DNA of 64,000 bases from an uncultured Clostridia bacterium. Lineage in GTDB: Bacteria > Bacillota > Clostridia > Oscillospirales > Butyricicoccaceae. The DNA lies in assembly GCA_947648385.1 (NCBI GenBank), contig CANSNO010000002.1, positions 482 through 64,481 on the forward strand, read 5' to 3'. The notes below the pieces were generated by a model. It worked only from the letters and a program-made list of their open reading frames with translations. It was not told where the DNA came from and ran no database searches. Positions within the stretch are counted from its first letter, which is position 1. Every line of letters begins with the position of its first letter. Positions 1 to 9,676 of this stretch are shown here, piece by piece. The translations under genes were made by a program, and so were the position numbers.

Positions 1-2540
1 GCCGTGCGGCTGCGGACGTCGGCAATCATCTGCTCGAACATATCGAAGCCCTGCCTCTTGTATTCGTCGATGGGGCTGACCTGAGCGTAGGCGTTGAGGC
101 CGATGCCGCGTCTCAGCTCCTGCATGGCGTCGATGTGGTCCATCCACAGGCTGTCGACCGTTTTGAGCAAAACCACCCTTTCCAGCTCGCGCATGACCTG
201 ACTGCCAAGGTCTTTCTCCTTCAGCTCGTAAAATTCCATGGCGCGCTGATACATAAGCTGGCTCATGGCCTCGGGAGTCATGTTGGATATCTGCTCATTC
301 GTGAAGGTAACATGGCCGGGCATGATAAACACGCCGGTAAAGGCCTTCAAAACGGCCGTTATTTGCTCCTTTGAAAGCACAGTGCTCTCACGGGCTATCG
401 AGGAGACCGTCTCCTCCACATAGTCCTTTATCATGCCCTGTATCTGGGGCTTGAGCTCGGCGCCGTTCAGCACGTCGGCGCGCTGTTTATAGATGACCTC
501 GCGCTGGTGGCTCATGACGTTGTCGTATTCGAGGACGGTCTTTCTCGACTGGAAGTTGCGGCCCTCCACCTTGCGCTGGGCGTTTTCTATAGCTCCCGAG
601 AGCATCTTGTGCTCTATCGGCATATCCTCTTCCAGCCCCAGCTTGTCCATCATGCCGCTTATCCTCTCCGAGCCGAAGAGACGCAGCAGGTCGTCCTCAA
701 GGGAGAGATAAAAGGTGCTTTGTCCCGGGTCGCCCTGACGGCCTGCGCGGCCGCGGAGCTGATTGTCGATGCGTCGGCTCTCGTGGCGCTCGGTGCCGAT
801 GATAAAGAGGCCTCCGGCGGCTCTGACGGCGTCGCCGTCCCTGTCGCACTCGGCCTTGTATTCGGCAAGCTTTTGGCGGAAAAGCTCTCGGGCCTGCGCG
901 GCCTCGTCGCTTGTTGTCTCGTTATAGCCGGCCGCCTCGGTTATCACCTCGTCGGAATATCCGGCCTTAGAGAGGTCGGCTCTGGCCATGAACTCCGGGT
1001 TTCCGCCCAGCATGATGTCGGTGCCTCGTCCGGCCATGTTGGTGGCTATCGTTATGGTGCCCGAGCGTCCGGCCTGAGCCACTATGGCGGCCTCCTTCTC
1101 GTGGTGCTTGGCGTTCAGCACCTGGTGGGGCAGGCCCTCCTTTTTTAGCAGGGAGGACAGAAGCTCGCTCTTTTCGATAGAAACGGTGCCAACCAGCGCC
1201 GGCTGACCCTTGGCGTGGCATTCCTTTATCTGTTCTATGACGGCGTTATACTTGCCCTTTTCGGTGGAAAACACCATGTCGGGGTTGTCCTGCCTTATCA
1301 TGGGCTTGTTGGTCGGTATCTCGATGACGTCGAGGTTGTAGATGTGCCTGAACTCCTCCTCTTCTGTAAGCGCCGTGCCCGTCATGCCCGACAGCTTGCT
1401 GTAAAGGCGGAAATAATTCTGGAAAGTTATTGTGGCCAGCGTGCGGCTCTCGCGCAGGACGGTGACCCCCTCCTTGGCCTCGATGGCCTGATGGAGACCC
1501 TCGGAATAGCGGCGGCCGAACATCAGTCTGCCCGTGAACTCGTCGACTATGATTATCTCCCCGTCCTTGACCACATAGTCGGTGTCGCGGCGCATACAGC
1601 CGCGGGCCTTTATGGCCTGATTTATGTGGTGCATAAGGGTGGCGTTTTCGGGGTCCATAAGGTTTTCCACCCTGAAAAAGCCCTCGGCCTTGGTGACTCC
1701 TCGGGGGGTTATGGTGGCCGTGCGGCGCTTTTCGTCGACGATATAGTCGGCCTCCACCTCGTCCTGACTCTCCTTGTCGTCTATCTCAACGACGGTAATG
1801 TGGCTCAGTGTGCGCGCAAAATCGTCGGCGCGGCGGTAAAGGTCGGTGCTCTTGTCGCCCTGACCCGATATGATAAGGGGGGTCCTGGCCTCGTCTATCA
1901 AAATGGAGTCGACCTCGTCGACAATGGCGAAGGCATGGCCGCGCTGGACCTGCTCCTCTTTGTATATCGCCATGTTGTCGCGCAGATAGTCAAAGCCCAT
2001 CTCGTTGTTTGTGCCGTAGGTTATGTCGCAGGCGTAGGCCGCCTTGCGCTGTGAGGGGGTCAGGTCATGGATTATGACGCCGCAGGATACACCCATGAAG
2101 CGGTAGACCTTGCCCATCAGCTCGCCCTGGTACTTGGCGAGGTAGTCGTTGACCGTGACGATGTGAACGCCCTTTCCGGCCAGCGCGTTGAGGTAGGCCG
2201 GCAGGGTGGCCGTCAATGTCTTGCCCTCGCCCGTCTTCATCTCGGCTATGCGGCCCTGATGCAGCACCACGCCGCCGATGAGCTGGACGCGGAAGGGGTA
2301 TTGGCCCAGCACCCTGCGGCAGGCCTCGCGGAAGGCGGCAAAGGCCTCGGGAAGTATGTCGTCCAGCGTCGCCCCCTCATTGAGCCTGTCCTTGAGGCGA
2401 GGCGTCTCGGCCTGAAGCTCTTTGTCGGTCATGGCGGCGTATTTGTCCCCCATGGCCTCGATAGCGTCTATCGTCCTATCCAGCTTTTTTATCTCTTTTT
2501 TTGAGGTGTCCCCGAAAAGGGTTTTCAGAAATCCGGCCAT
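1..2540 (-). CDS. secA: Preprotein translocase ATPase SecA (N-terminal ~846 codons; 3' end runs off the window)
   Basis: Absent from the ORF track because no stop lies in the window. The reverse complement from ATG (2538-2540), behind AAGGAGA, reads [23 protein letters not shown]...[39 protein letters not shown]...[23 protein letters not shown]. These are the SecA DEAD-motor motifs. Confidence 0.93.
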   Translation of the reverse strand, partial: MAGFLKTLFGDTSKKEIKKLDRTIDAIEAMGDKYAAMTDKELQAETPRLKDRLNEGATLDDILPEAFAAFREACRRVLGQYPFRVQLIGGVVLHQGRIAEMKTGEGKTLTATLPAYLNALAGKGVHIVTVNDYLAKYQGELMGKVYRFMGVSCGVIIHDLTPSQRKAAYACDITYGTNNEMGFDYLRDNMAIYKEEQVQRGHAFAIVDEVDSILIDEARTPLIISGQGDKSTDLYRRADDFARTLSHITVVEIDDKESQDEVEADYIVDEKRRTATITPRGVTKAEGFFRVENLMDPENATLMHHINQAIKARGCMRRDTDYVVKDGEIIIVDEFTGRLMFGRRYSEGLHQAIEAKEGVTVLRESRTLATITFQNYFRLYSKLSGMTGTALTEEEEFRHIYNLDVIEIPTNKPMIRQDNPDMVFSTEKGKYNAVIEQIKECHAKGQPALVGTVSIEKSELLSSLLKKEGLPHQVLNAKHHEKEAAIVAQAGRSGTITIATNMAGRGTDIMLGGNPEFMARADLSKAGYSDEVITEAAGYNETTSDEAAQARELFRQKLAEYKAECDRDGDAVRAAGGLFIIGTERHESRRIDNQLRGRAGRQGDPGQSTFYLSLEDDLLRLFGSERISGMMDKLGLEEDMPIEHKMLSGAIENAQRKVEGRNFQSRKTVLEYDNVMSHQREVIYKQRADVLNGAELKPQIQGMIKDYVEETVSSIARESTVLSKEQITAVLKAFTGVFIMPGHVTFTNEQISNMTPEAMSQLMYQRAMEFYELKEKDLGSQVMRELERVVLLKTVDSLWMDHIDAMQELRRGIGLNAYAQVSPIDEYKRQGFDMFEQMIADVRSRT

Positions 2541-2652
2541 ATATTTTCTCCTTAAAAGGTTTATTTCCATATCTATACCATTTTACTCTATACTATATTG
2601 TGTAAAAAAACAAGCGATATTTTGTAAACGGAGGCAAAAACTCTTTTTTCGC

Positions 2653-2681
2653 TTTACAGGGAGGCGCGACTTTTGTATAAT
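2653..2681 (+). promoter_or_regulatory. Sigma-A type promoter upstream of prfB
   Basis: TTTACA (2653-2658), 17 nt spacer, then TGtTATAAT with TATAAT at 2676-2681. Confidence 0.5.
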
Positions 2682-2717
2682 ATATGGTGAAATCAAATGC
2701 AAAGAGAGCGAAGCTAC

Positions 2718-3842
2718 ATGATACAATACGACGAGATAAGATACAGCCTTAACGACAAAAAGTCTGTCCTTGACGAGCTGAAGGTTTCCCTCGACCTTGA
2801 GACGGCCGAAAAGGAGATAGCCGAGCTTCAGGCTCAGGCTCAGGCTCCCGGCTTTTGGGACGACCCGGATAACAGCCAGAAGGTGCTGCAAAAGGTCAAG
2901 AGGCTTCAGGACAAGGTGGCGCGCTACAACAGTCTGGCCACCCTCTATGAGGACACGCTGACCCTAATCGAAATGGCCGACGAGGCCGGGGACGAGAGCC
3001 TGCTGCCCGAGATAAAGGCCGACTATAAACGCTTTGAGGAGGAGCTGGAGGCCCAGCGCCTCGAGACCCTCCTCTCGGGCGAGTATGACGCCAACAACGC
3101 CATTATTTCCTTCCACGCCGGGGCCGGCGGCACCGAGGCTCAGGACTGGACACAGATGCTTTTCCGTATGTATACGCGCTGGGCCGATTCCAGAGGCTTC
3201 AAATGGAAGGTGCTGGACTATCTGGACGGCGAGGACGCCGGGCTCAAAAGCGCCGCCATATCGATAGAGGGCGAAAACGCCTACGGCTATCTCAAAAGCG
3301 AAAACGGCATACACCGCCTTGTCAGGATATCCCCCTTCGATTCCTCGGGCCGCCGTCAGACCTCCTTTGCCGCCATCGAGGTCATGCCCCAGATAGACAA
3401 CGACACCGATATCGAGATAAGGCCGGAGGATCTGAAGGTCGACACCTACCGCTCCTCGGGCGCCGGCGGACAGCACGTCAACAAGACCGAATCGGCCATA
3501 CGCATAACACACATTCCCTCGGGCGTCATCGTCGCCTGCCAGACCGAGCGTTCACAGCATCAGAACCGCGAATACGCCATGCAGATGCTCCGCGCCAAGC
3601 TGGCCGAGATAAAGGAACGCCAGCACCTTGAGAAGATAGAGGACATCAAGGGGGTGCAGATGAAGATAGAATGGGGCAGCCAGATACGCTCCTATGTCTT
3701 TATGCCCTATACCCTCGTCAAAGACCACCGCACGGGGTGCGAGAACGCCAACATTCAGGCCGTTATGGACGGCGACATCGACGCCTTCATTAACGCCTAT
3801 CTGACGGCCTCGGCCACGGGCAAGTGGGAAAAACAGATATAA
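2718..3842 (+). CDS. prfB: Peptide chain release factor 2, single frame with no programmed frameshift
   Basis: Has the SPF tripeptide context (RISPFDSSGRRQTSF) and GGQ (SGAGGQHVNKTES). The N-terminus MIQYDEIRYSL...VSLDLE aligns to Bacillus RF2, so M at 2718 is preferred over the track start at 2697. Confidence 0.92.
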   Translation: MIQYDEIRYSLNDKKSVLDELKVSLDLETAEKEIAELQAQAQAPGFWDDPDNSQKVLQKVKRLQDKVARYNSLATLYEDTLTLIEMADEAGDESLLPEIKADYKRFEEELEAQRLETLLSGEYDANNAIISFHAGAGGTEAQDWTQMLFRMYTRWADSRGFKWKVLDYLDGEDAGLKSAAISIEGENAYGYLKSENGIHRLVRISPFDSSGRRQTSFAAIEVMPQIDNDTDIEIRPEDLKVDTYRSSGAGGQHVNKTESAIRITHIPSGVIVACQTERSQHQNREYAMQMLRAKLAEIKERQHLEKIEDIKGVQMKIEWGSQIRSYVFMPYTLVKDHRTGCENANIQAVMDGDIDAFINAYLTASATGKWEKQI

Positions 3843-3860
3843 ATTAAAGGGGAAAAAGAT

Positions 3861-4679
3861 ATGCCCGACGTCAATACAACGGTCGAAAGCACGGCGAAAA
3901 TGCTCGGCAGCCTGTCATTTCTCTCGGTCGCCTATGCCCTTTGCGCCCTGCTTATATGCCTTATTGTCAAAAAGGCCGTCTGCCGCCTGCTGGATAAGGC
4001 GCTGTCGCGCACCAGGCTGGACTCCCGTCTGAGCGGACTTATCCTCAAGGGCGTCAACGCCGTTTTGTGGTTCGTCATCATCCTGATAATGTGCGACAGG
4101 CTGGGGATAAACATAACCTCCCTTGTGGCTCTCTTCAGCGTCGTCGGTCTGGCCTTTTCTTTGGCCATACAGGATTCTCTTTCCAATCTGGCCGGGGGCA
4201 TGACGATACTCTCCTCCCGTCCCTTCAAAATAGGCGACTATGTGGAGGCTGTCGGCCAGGAGGGCACTGTGGACGCCATCGGGATAATATACACCCAGCT
4301 TTTGACGGCTGACAACCGCAGGGTGTTTTTGCCCAACAGCGCCGTCAGCTCGGGCAGGATAATAAATTATTCCTCCCAGCCAAACCGACGCGTGACAATA
4401 GACGTCTCGGCCTCCTATGACGATTCGGCCGAAAAGGTCAAGGCCGCCCTCCGCGAGGTGGTGGAGGGGGAGAGCCGCGTGCTGGAAAGTCCCACTCCCG
4501 TCATAGCCGTCACCGAATACGGCGACAGCGCCATAAGCTACACCCTCAGGGTGTGGGTCAAAAACAGCGACTACTGGCCCGTCAAGTTCGCCATGACCGA
4601 GGCCGTCCGCGACGCTTTCGACAGGCACGGCGTGACAATGACCTATAACCACATAAATGTCCACATGATGAAAGATTGA
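3861..4679 (+). CDS. Small-conductance mechanosensitive channel (MscS family)
   Basis: Three N-terminal TM segments, then LSNLAGGMTILSSRPFKIGDYVE..GTVDAIGIIYTQL...DNRRVFLPNS, typical of the MscS pore and beta-domain. Confidence 0.85.
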   Translation: MPDVNTTVESTAKMLGSLSFLSVAYALCALLICLIVKKAVCRLLDKALSRTRLDSRLSGLILKGVNAVLWFVIILIMCDRLGINITSLVALFSVVGLAFSLAIQDSLSNLAGGMTILSSRPFKIGDYVEAVGQEGTVDAIGIIYTQLLTADNRRVFLPNSAVSSGRIINYSSQPNRRVTIDVSASYDDSAEKVKAALREVVEGESRVLESPTPVIAVTEYGDSAISYTLRVWVKNSDYWPVKFAMTEAVRDAFDRHGVTMTYNHINVHMMKD

Positions 4680-4686
4680 TAATAAA

Positions 4687-4717
4687 AGGCCCCGACAAAA
4701 GTCGGGGCCTTTGTTTT
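4687..4717. terminator. Bidirectional intrinsic terminator between convergent genes
   Basis: GGCCCCGAC-AAAA-GTCGGGGCC followed by TTTGTTTTT. An A-rich tract upstream serves the minus-strand gene. Confidence 0.75.
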
Positions 4718-4725
4718 TACATATG

Positions 4726-5673
4726 TTATTCCTCTTCCGGCAGGTGGTTGTAAATTCTGCGGTCGAGGGCGAATAGGCGGCGGCTCAGTTGTCCCGGAGG
4801 GGTCTCGTAAAAGCTTTCGCGGTATATCTCCATACGGCTGTCCATATCGTCGATATAGGAGAGCAGCTCGGCTTCGATACAGGCCGGGCTTACCGCGGCG
4901 CCGTGTTCCGGCTGGCCGTGGTGGGACAGTATCATATGGCGCAGGAGAAGGGCCTTTTCGGCGTTTATGTGAAGCCTTTCGGCCTCGCGGCCCACAAGCT
5001 CGGCCCCCATTGTCAGGTGTCCCAGAAGCTGGCCGCTGACCGAGTAATCGACGACGACGCCGAGGGGGGAGAGGGTGAACTCGTCGCATTTGGCCACGTC
5101 GTGGAGTATCGTGCCTGCCATCAGCAGACTGCGGTCGATGATATCGCCGTAAAGCCCCGACATGAAGTCGGCCGTGCGAGCCATATATATCGTGTGCATA
5201 AGCAGGCCGTGGACAAAGGCGTGGTGGACGCTTTTGGCGGCGGGTATGTTTTTGAAACGCTCGCCGTAACGGTCAAAGACGGCCTTGACGACGGCTTTAT
5301 ATTCCTCGTCCTCGATGGAGCCGATATATCCAGTCAGCTCGCGCCAGCACGCCTCGGAGTCAATGGGAGCGGTGGGGACAAGGTCGGCCACGTCAAAGAG
5401 GTCGTCCTTGAAGGAGAGGCGTATGCGGTCGACGGTCACCTGACGGTTGCCGCGGTATTCGGTGATAAGGCCCTTGACCTTGACGGCGTTGCCCACATCG
5501 GAGGGAGTTATCGGGCCCGAGTAGTCCCACACCTGACCCTCGATAGAACCGGAGCAGTCGGCCAGCGTGACGGTCAGATAGGGCTTGCCCGCCCCGGTGG
5601 TGCGCGCGGCGGCGTTTTGAAGCAGATAAAAGCCCTCGATGGGGTCGCCTATATCCAAATCGGCGATATACAT
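4726..5673 (-). CDS. 3'-5' exoribonuclease, YhaM-like (OB-fold plus HD domain)
   Basis: N-terminal OB fold (PYLTVTLADCSGSIEGQVWD) and HD-domain motifs (HHAFVHGLLMHT, ILHDVAKC, ILSHHG). Confidence 0.8.
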   Translation of the reverse strand: MYIADLDIGDPIEGFYLLQNAAARTTGAGKPYLTVTLADCSGSIEGQVWDYSGPITPSDVGNAVKVKGLITEYRGNRQVTVDRIRLSFKDDLFDVADLVPTAPIDSEACWRELTGYIGSIEDEEYKAVVKAVFDRYGERFKNIPAAKSVHHAFVHGLLMHTIYMARTADFMSGLYGDIIDRSLLMAGTILHDVAKCDEFTLSPLGVVVDYSVSGQLLGHLTMGAELVGREAERLHINAEKALLLRHMILSHHGQPEHGAAVSPACIEAELLSYIDDMDSRMEIYRESFYETPPGQLSRRLFALDRRIYNHLPEEE

Positions 5674-5846
5674 ATAAAAACACTCCTTTATTTTAAAGTT
5701 TTGTCCTTGCTCTTGCCCTTGGCCGCGCGTAAGGTCAAGGGCATAAACCTCCCTTTACACAAGGGAGGTTTATAATAAGGATAACATTTTTCAGACGAAA
5801 AGTCCACTTATTGACAACAGGGTCAAGAATATTTTATTATTGATAT

Positions 5847-6914
5847 ATGGAAAGAAAACAATATAAAATGCAAAAAAAATTACTGCTCTCACTCTGTCTG
5901 GCGGCATCAGTCCTGCTGTCCTCCTGCGGAGCCGAAGAGACGAGCCGTAACGGCCCTCTGAGCCGCAGATATTATCACTATTTTGACACGGTTTCCACCG
6001 TTTATTGCTACGGAAGCGCGTCCGACGAGGAGTTTGGGAAAAACGTCGACGAAATTTCGACTATATTGGAAAAATATCATATATTCTTTGACATTTATCA
6101 CGAGTACAGCGGCGTTACAAATCTCTGCACAATCAATAAAAACGCCGGAGGAGAGCCGCTGGCCGTCGACCCCGAGCTTTTCGATTTCCTGCGTCTTTGC
6201 ATAGGGCTTTATGACGAGACGGACGGAAAAATGAACGTTATGATGGGCTCTGTGCTGTCCCTGTGGCACGACTGCCGCCAAGAGGCGTCAGGCCACCCCG
6301 AAAACGCGTCGATCCCATCTGATGAACGGCTTGCCGAGGCGGCAAAGCACACCGACATAACCCTTTTGGAGCTTGATGAAAGCAATTTGACCGTCAGGAT
6401 TTCCGACCCTCTGGCCTCGATAGACGTGGGGGCAGTGGGCAAGGGCTATGCCGCCGAAAGGGCCGCCGATTATTTAAGGACGGCGGAGGGCGGCGAGAAC
6501 TATGTCCTCGATATCGGCGGCAATCTGAGAATAATGGGGGCAAAGCCCGACGGCTCCCCCTACCGCGCCGCCGTCAAAGACCCGATGAATCCCGACGGGG
6601 CGGCCGCCGCCGTCTTGAGCCTTGAGGACGTTTCCTGCGTCACGTCGGGGGTATATGAAAGGTATTTTACTGTGGACGGCCGGAGCTACCACCATATCAT
6701 CGACCCCGACACCCTTTATCCCTCCGAAAGGTTCCTTTCGGTCACGGTCGTCGCCCGTGACAGCGGTTCGGCCGACGCCCTTTCGACGGCCCTTTTCTGC
6801 ATGAGCCTTGAGGAGGGAATGGCCCTTGCCGGGGAAAGGGGCGATTTTCAGGCATTGTGGATAACTCCCGACGGCCGACTTCACATGACCGACGGGCTTG
6901 TCATGGCTCAATGA
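5847..6914 (+). CDS. apbE: FAD:protein FMN transferase (ApbE family) lipoprotein
   Basis: Lipobox LLSSCG. ApbE motifs IDVGAVGKGYAAERAADYL, TSGVYERYF and SYHHIIDPDT. An alternative start lies at 5868. Confidence 0.85.
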   Translation: MERKQYKMQKKLLLSLCLAASVLLSSCGAEETSRNGPLSRRYYHYFDTVSTVYCYGSASDEEFGKNVDEISTILEKYHIFFDIYHEYSGVTNLCTINKNAGGEPLAVDPELFDFLRLCIGLYDETDGKMNVMMGSVLSLWHDCRQEASGHPENASIPSDERLAEAAKHTDITLLELDESNLTVRISDPLASIDVGAVGKGYAAERAADYLRTAEGGENYVLDIGGNLRIMGAKPDGSPYRAAVKDPMNPDGAAAAVLSLEDVSCVTSGVYERYFTVDGRSYHHIIDPDTLYPSERFLSVTVVARDSGSADALSTALFCMSLEEGMALAGERGDFQALWITPDGRLHMTDGLVMAQ

Positions 6915-6937
6915 CCGTGAAAAAGGAGAGCTTGCAG

Positions 6938-7309
6938 ATGATGAAAGGAAGCGGAACAAGATTTGCCGATATCCTGCTGATAGGGGGGCTGCTGGCGGCC
7001 TCCCTGCTGTGGCTTTTTGTATCGAGGGCCGACGGAACCGAGGGCGGCATGGCGGTTGTCGCCGTAAACGGACAGGAGACGGGCCGCTATCCGCTGGATA
7101 CGGAGGGCGAGGTTGCCCTCAACGGGGGGACAAACATACTTGTAATCGAGGACGGAAAGGCGCGCGTCTCCGATGCCGACTGTCCCGACAAGCTCTGCGT
7201 CCGTCAGGGAGAAATATACCGCACGGGACAGACAGTGACCTGCCTGCCCAACCGCCTGACGGTCACCATAGAGGGGAAAAAGGGGGAGGCCGACCTCTAT
7301 CTGCCATGA
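6938..7309 (+). CDS. NusG domain II-containing membrane-anchored protein
   Basis: AAAAGGAGAG lies 7 nt before ATG 6938. One TM segment, then a beta-rich domain with CPDKLC..G; this family usually follows ApbE-type genes. The track ORF start at 6857 overlaps apbE and is unlikely. Confidence 0.65.
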   Translation: MMKGSGTRFADILLIGGLLAASLLWLFVSRADGTEGGMAVVAVNGQETGRYPLDTEGEVALNGGTNILVIEDGKARVSDADCPDKLCVRQGEIYRTGQTVTCLPNRLTVTIEGKKGEADLYLP

Positions 7310-7794
7310 AGACGAGAAAATTGACGACGCTGGCCCTGACACTATCTGCGGCCATGATACTTTCGTATATTGAGGGCACCCTGCCGCCCTTTATGCCTTT
7401 GCCCATGGCAAAAATCGGGCTGGCCAATATCGCCGTGCTTTTCGCCCTTTACAGGCTGGGCGCGTGGGAAGCGGCCTGTGTCTCTCTGGCCAGAGTCACT
7501 ATGATGTTCATGATGTTCGGCACGGGAGTCAGCTTTATTTACAGTCTTGCCGGGGCGGCGGTCAGCTTTATGGGGATGGCTCTGCTCAAAAAAAGCCGCC
7601 TTTTCTCCCCTGCCGCCGTCAGCGTCGGGGGCGGAGTGCTTCACAACTGCGGACAGATACTTGCGGCGCGCTTTATGCTGTCCACCGATGCGGTGGTTTA
7701 TTATATGCCGGCGCTGATGGTCAGCGGAGTTTTATCGGGAGCCGCCGTGGGAGCCGCCTGTTCTGTGATTTTAAACCGCGTCGGAGTTAAATAA
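7306..7794 (+). CDS. Gx transporter family protein (former heptaprenyl diphosphate synthase component I-like)
   Basis: ATGA start/stop overlap with the upstream gene. MKTRKLTTLALTLSAAMILSYIEGTLPPFMPLPMAKIGLANI, polytopic membrane protein. The longer track ORF 6898..7794 is a frame read-through. Confidence 0.7.
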   Translation: MKTRKLTTLALTLSAAMILSYIEGTLPPFMPLPMAKIGLANIAVLFALYRLGAWEAACVSLARVTMMFMMFGTGVSFIYSLAGAAVSFMGMALLKKSRLFSPAAVSVGGGVLHNCGQILAARFMLSTDAVVYYMPALMVSGVLSGAAVGAACSVILNRVGVK

Positions 7795-7877
7795 AGTCCA
7801 TTATGCCCGCCTGACGGCGGAAGAAGGTCGTTCTTTTGTAAACACAAAAGAACCAAAAAGCAATTTGTAAAAATTTG

Positions 7878-7906
7878 TTGACAAATTGTGAATGCTATGC
7901 TATCAT
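7878..7906 (+). promoter_or_regulatory. Sigma-A type promoter of the riboswitch-led operon
   Basis: TTGACA (7878-7883), 17 nt spacer, TATCAT (7901-7906). Confidence 0.55.
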
Positions 7907-7929
7907 CTACCCATACCTCACATTTACTT

Positions 7930-8066
7930 ATGAGGTAGAGGTCGCGTTTGCTATCAGTAATTCCGCGGAGGCCGAAAGCCTGAGATACGGAACGAAAGGA
8001 GCCGACGCCGAAATCGCGTGTCAAAAGCGCGGTTGGGCTTGCGTTAAACAGGCGCAAGACTGTCTT
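7930..8066 (+). promoter_or_regulatory. Lysine riboswitch (L-box) aptamer, candidate
   Basis: Ordered core blocks are GGTAGAGGTCGCG, CAGTAA, GAAAGGAGCCGACGCCGAAA, TTGGG and ACTGTC. They match the B. subtilis lysC leader pattern ATAGAGGTGCG..AGTA..GAAAGGGGAGCGTCGCCGAAG..CTGTCA. GGUAG/CUGUC can close P1. Confidence 0.7.
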
Positions 8067-8154
8067 TGACGGATTTACCGCCCGTCAAAGGAGAGCTATC
8101 CCAGGGTAAGATGTGTCGGGTATAATACTATTCGTATATGATTTGTCATATTCG

Positions 8155-8192
8155 TCCATGTGTTATCTTGACGCATGGACTTTTTTGTTGTT
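8155..8192 (+). terminator. Terminator-like hairpin in the leader, possibly the riboswitch expression platform
   Basis: GTCCATG-13 nt loop-CATGGAC followed by TTTTTTGTTGTT, about 55 nt before the transporter start. Confidence 0.5.
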
Positions 8193-8245
8193 CAAAAAAG
8201 CCCCCGGGAAAATTAACAGGTAAGACAAAAACGGAGGTTTTCCAA

Positions 8246-9658
8246 ATGTCAAACAACAGAACGGGCTTTAAAATGCCCCACAACTATGTGGTCATTTTCA
8301 GCATCATCATTCTCGCCGCGGTGCTGACATGGCTCATCCCGGCCGGTTCCTATGACCGCGAGGTCAACGAGGCCGGCAGGACCGTCGTCGTCGACGGCTC
8401 CTTCCACTATACCGAGGCAACCCCCGTCGGCCCCTTCAAGCTCTTTGAGAGCATGGCTCAGGGCTTCAACGAGGTCGCCGACATCATTTTCTTCATCATC
8501 TTTGCCTACGCGTGGATAAACATTCTGCTTTTAAACGGCACCTTCAACGCCATGGTGGGCGGCATAATGCGCTCGCTGGGAGATAAGGTCGAGTTTCTGA
8601 TACCCGTGCTGATGATATGCTTTGGTATTCTCGGCTCGACGATGGGTATGTCGGAGGAGACATACGGCCTTATCCCCGTATTTGTCGGCATCGCCGTCGC
8701 TCTGGGCTATGACGCCATCGTCGGCGGAGCCATGGTCTATGTCGGCGTCGCCACGGGATTCGCCTCGGCCACACTCAACCCCTTCACCATCGGCGTCGCC
8801 ATGGGTATCGCCGGGGTCGAGTATCCCTACGGCCTTATTTTCCGTATAATCATTCTGGTCGTCTTTGAGGCTGTCGCTATTTTCTATGTCTGGCGCTATG
8901 CAAGAAAGGTCCACGCCGACCCGACAAAGTCCCTCCTTTACGGCACAAAGCTCGACCTCAAAATCACCGCCAGCCGCGAGGAGCTGGAAAAAGCCCACAT
9001 GAACGGCAGGCAGAAGCTCTGCTGTCTGGCTTTCCTTGTGACGGTATTCTTCATAGTTTACGGCACAACGATGTGGGGCTGGTACATAAACGAGCTTTCG
9101 GCCCTCTTTATCGTCTCCATGCTGGTAACGGCCATAATAGGCGGCGGCATGGGACCCAATGACATCGCCAACTCCTTTGTCCAGGCGGCTCGCGACATGA
9201 TGTTCGGCGCTTTGGTCGTCGGCCTGTCCCGCGGCATAGTCGTCGTGCTGACAAACGGCGGCGTCATCGACACCATCATCTATGGCCTCTCGCTGCCTCT
9301 GGCCAAAATGTCCCACGCCCTGGGCGCCCTTTCAAAATATGTCTGCGCCGTCGGTATGCTGCTGGTGCAGAACATCATCAACTGCTTCATCGGCTCCGGT
9401 TCGGGACAGGCCAGCGCCGTCATGCCCATCATGGCCCCCCTGTCCGACCTTATCGGCATATCCCGTCAGACGGCCGTTCTGGCCTTCCAGTTCGGCGACG
9501 GCTATTCCAATATGTTCTGGCCCAACGGAATATTCCTTGTTTCGGGCCTGATGAACATTCCGGCCAACAAGTGGTTCAGGTTCGTCGCCCCCCTGTTCGG
9601 TGTCATGCTTGTTTTCCAGATGATTTTCATGTGCATTGCTGTCGGAATCGGATTTTAA
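8246..9658 (+). CDS. YfcC-family (DcuC-like / putative basic amino acid antiporter) membrane transporter
   Basis: ACGGAGG RBS before ATG 8246. MSNNRTGFKMPHNYVVIFSIIILAAVLTWLIPAGSYD is the typical YfcC N-terminus, and the protein is polytopic throughout. The track start at 8138 lies inside the leader terminator. Confidence 0.85.
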   Translation: MSNNRTGFKMPHNYVVIFSIIILAAVLTWLIPAGSYDREVNEAGRTVVVDGSFHYTEATPVGPFKLFESMAQGFNEVADIIFFIIFAYAWINILLLNGTFNAMVGGIMRSLGDKVEFLIPVLMICFGILGSTMGMSEETYGLIPVFVGIAVALGYDAIVGGAMVYVGVATGFASATLNPFTIGVAMGIAGVEYPYGLIFRIIILVVFEAVAIFYVWRYARKVHADPTKSLLYGTKLDLKITASREELEKAHMNGRQKLCCLAFLVTVFFIVYGTTMWGWYINELSALFIVSMLVTAIIGGGMGPNDIANSFVQAARDMMFGALVVGLSRGIVVVLTNGGVIDTIIYGLSLPLAKMSHALGALSKYVCAVGMLLVQNIINCFIGSGSGQASAVMPIMAPLSDLIGISRQTAVLAFQFGDGYSNMFWPNGIFLVSGLMNIPANKWFRFVAPLFGVMLVFQMIFMCIAVGIGF

Positions 9659-9676
9659 AGAAAGGCGGATATTAAA

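Noticed and set aside
507-2504. Three long + strand ORFs (507-1148, 1215-2054, 2067-2504) in the first 2.5 kb
   Set aside because: They lie antisense to a clear SecA reading frame. Their products are Gly/Ala/Val/Leu/His-rich low-complexity sequence typical of GC shadow ORFs, with no RBS.
2697-2800. Looked for the classical +1 programmed frameshift site (CTT TGA C) in prfB
   Set aside because: The whole RF2 is in a single frame. The equivalent position reads TCC CTC GAC CTT GAG (SLDLE) with no in-frame stop, so this prfB is not frameshift-regulated.
6898-7794. 298-aa ORF suggesting a fused protein
   Set aside because: Its N-terminal 136 codons are an Arg/Gly-rich alternative frame of the NusG-II gene. 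The real gene starts at ATG 7306 with an ATGA overlap.
5847-7794. ApbE / NusG-II / Gx-transporter operon as a novel flavinylation system
   Set aside because: From memory, this gene trio is a commonly seen conserved arrangement in Firmicutes. The NusG-II protein shows no obvious (S/T)GA(S/T) flavinylation motif, and nothing unusual was observed.
7830-7853. Hairpin GTTCTTTTGT-AAAC-ACAAAAGAAC after the Gx transporter gene as a terminator
   Set aside because: It is followed by CAAAAAG rather than a U-run, so the evidence is weak and it was not listed as a feature.
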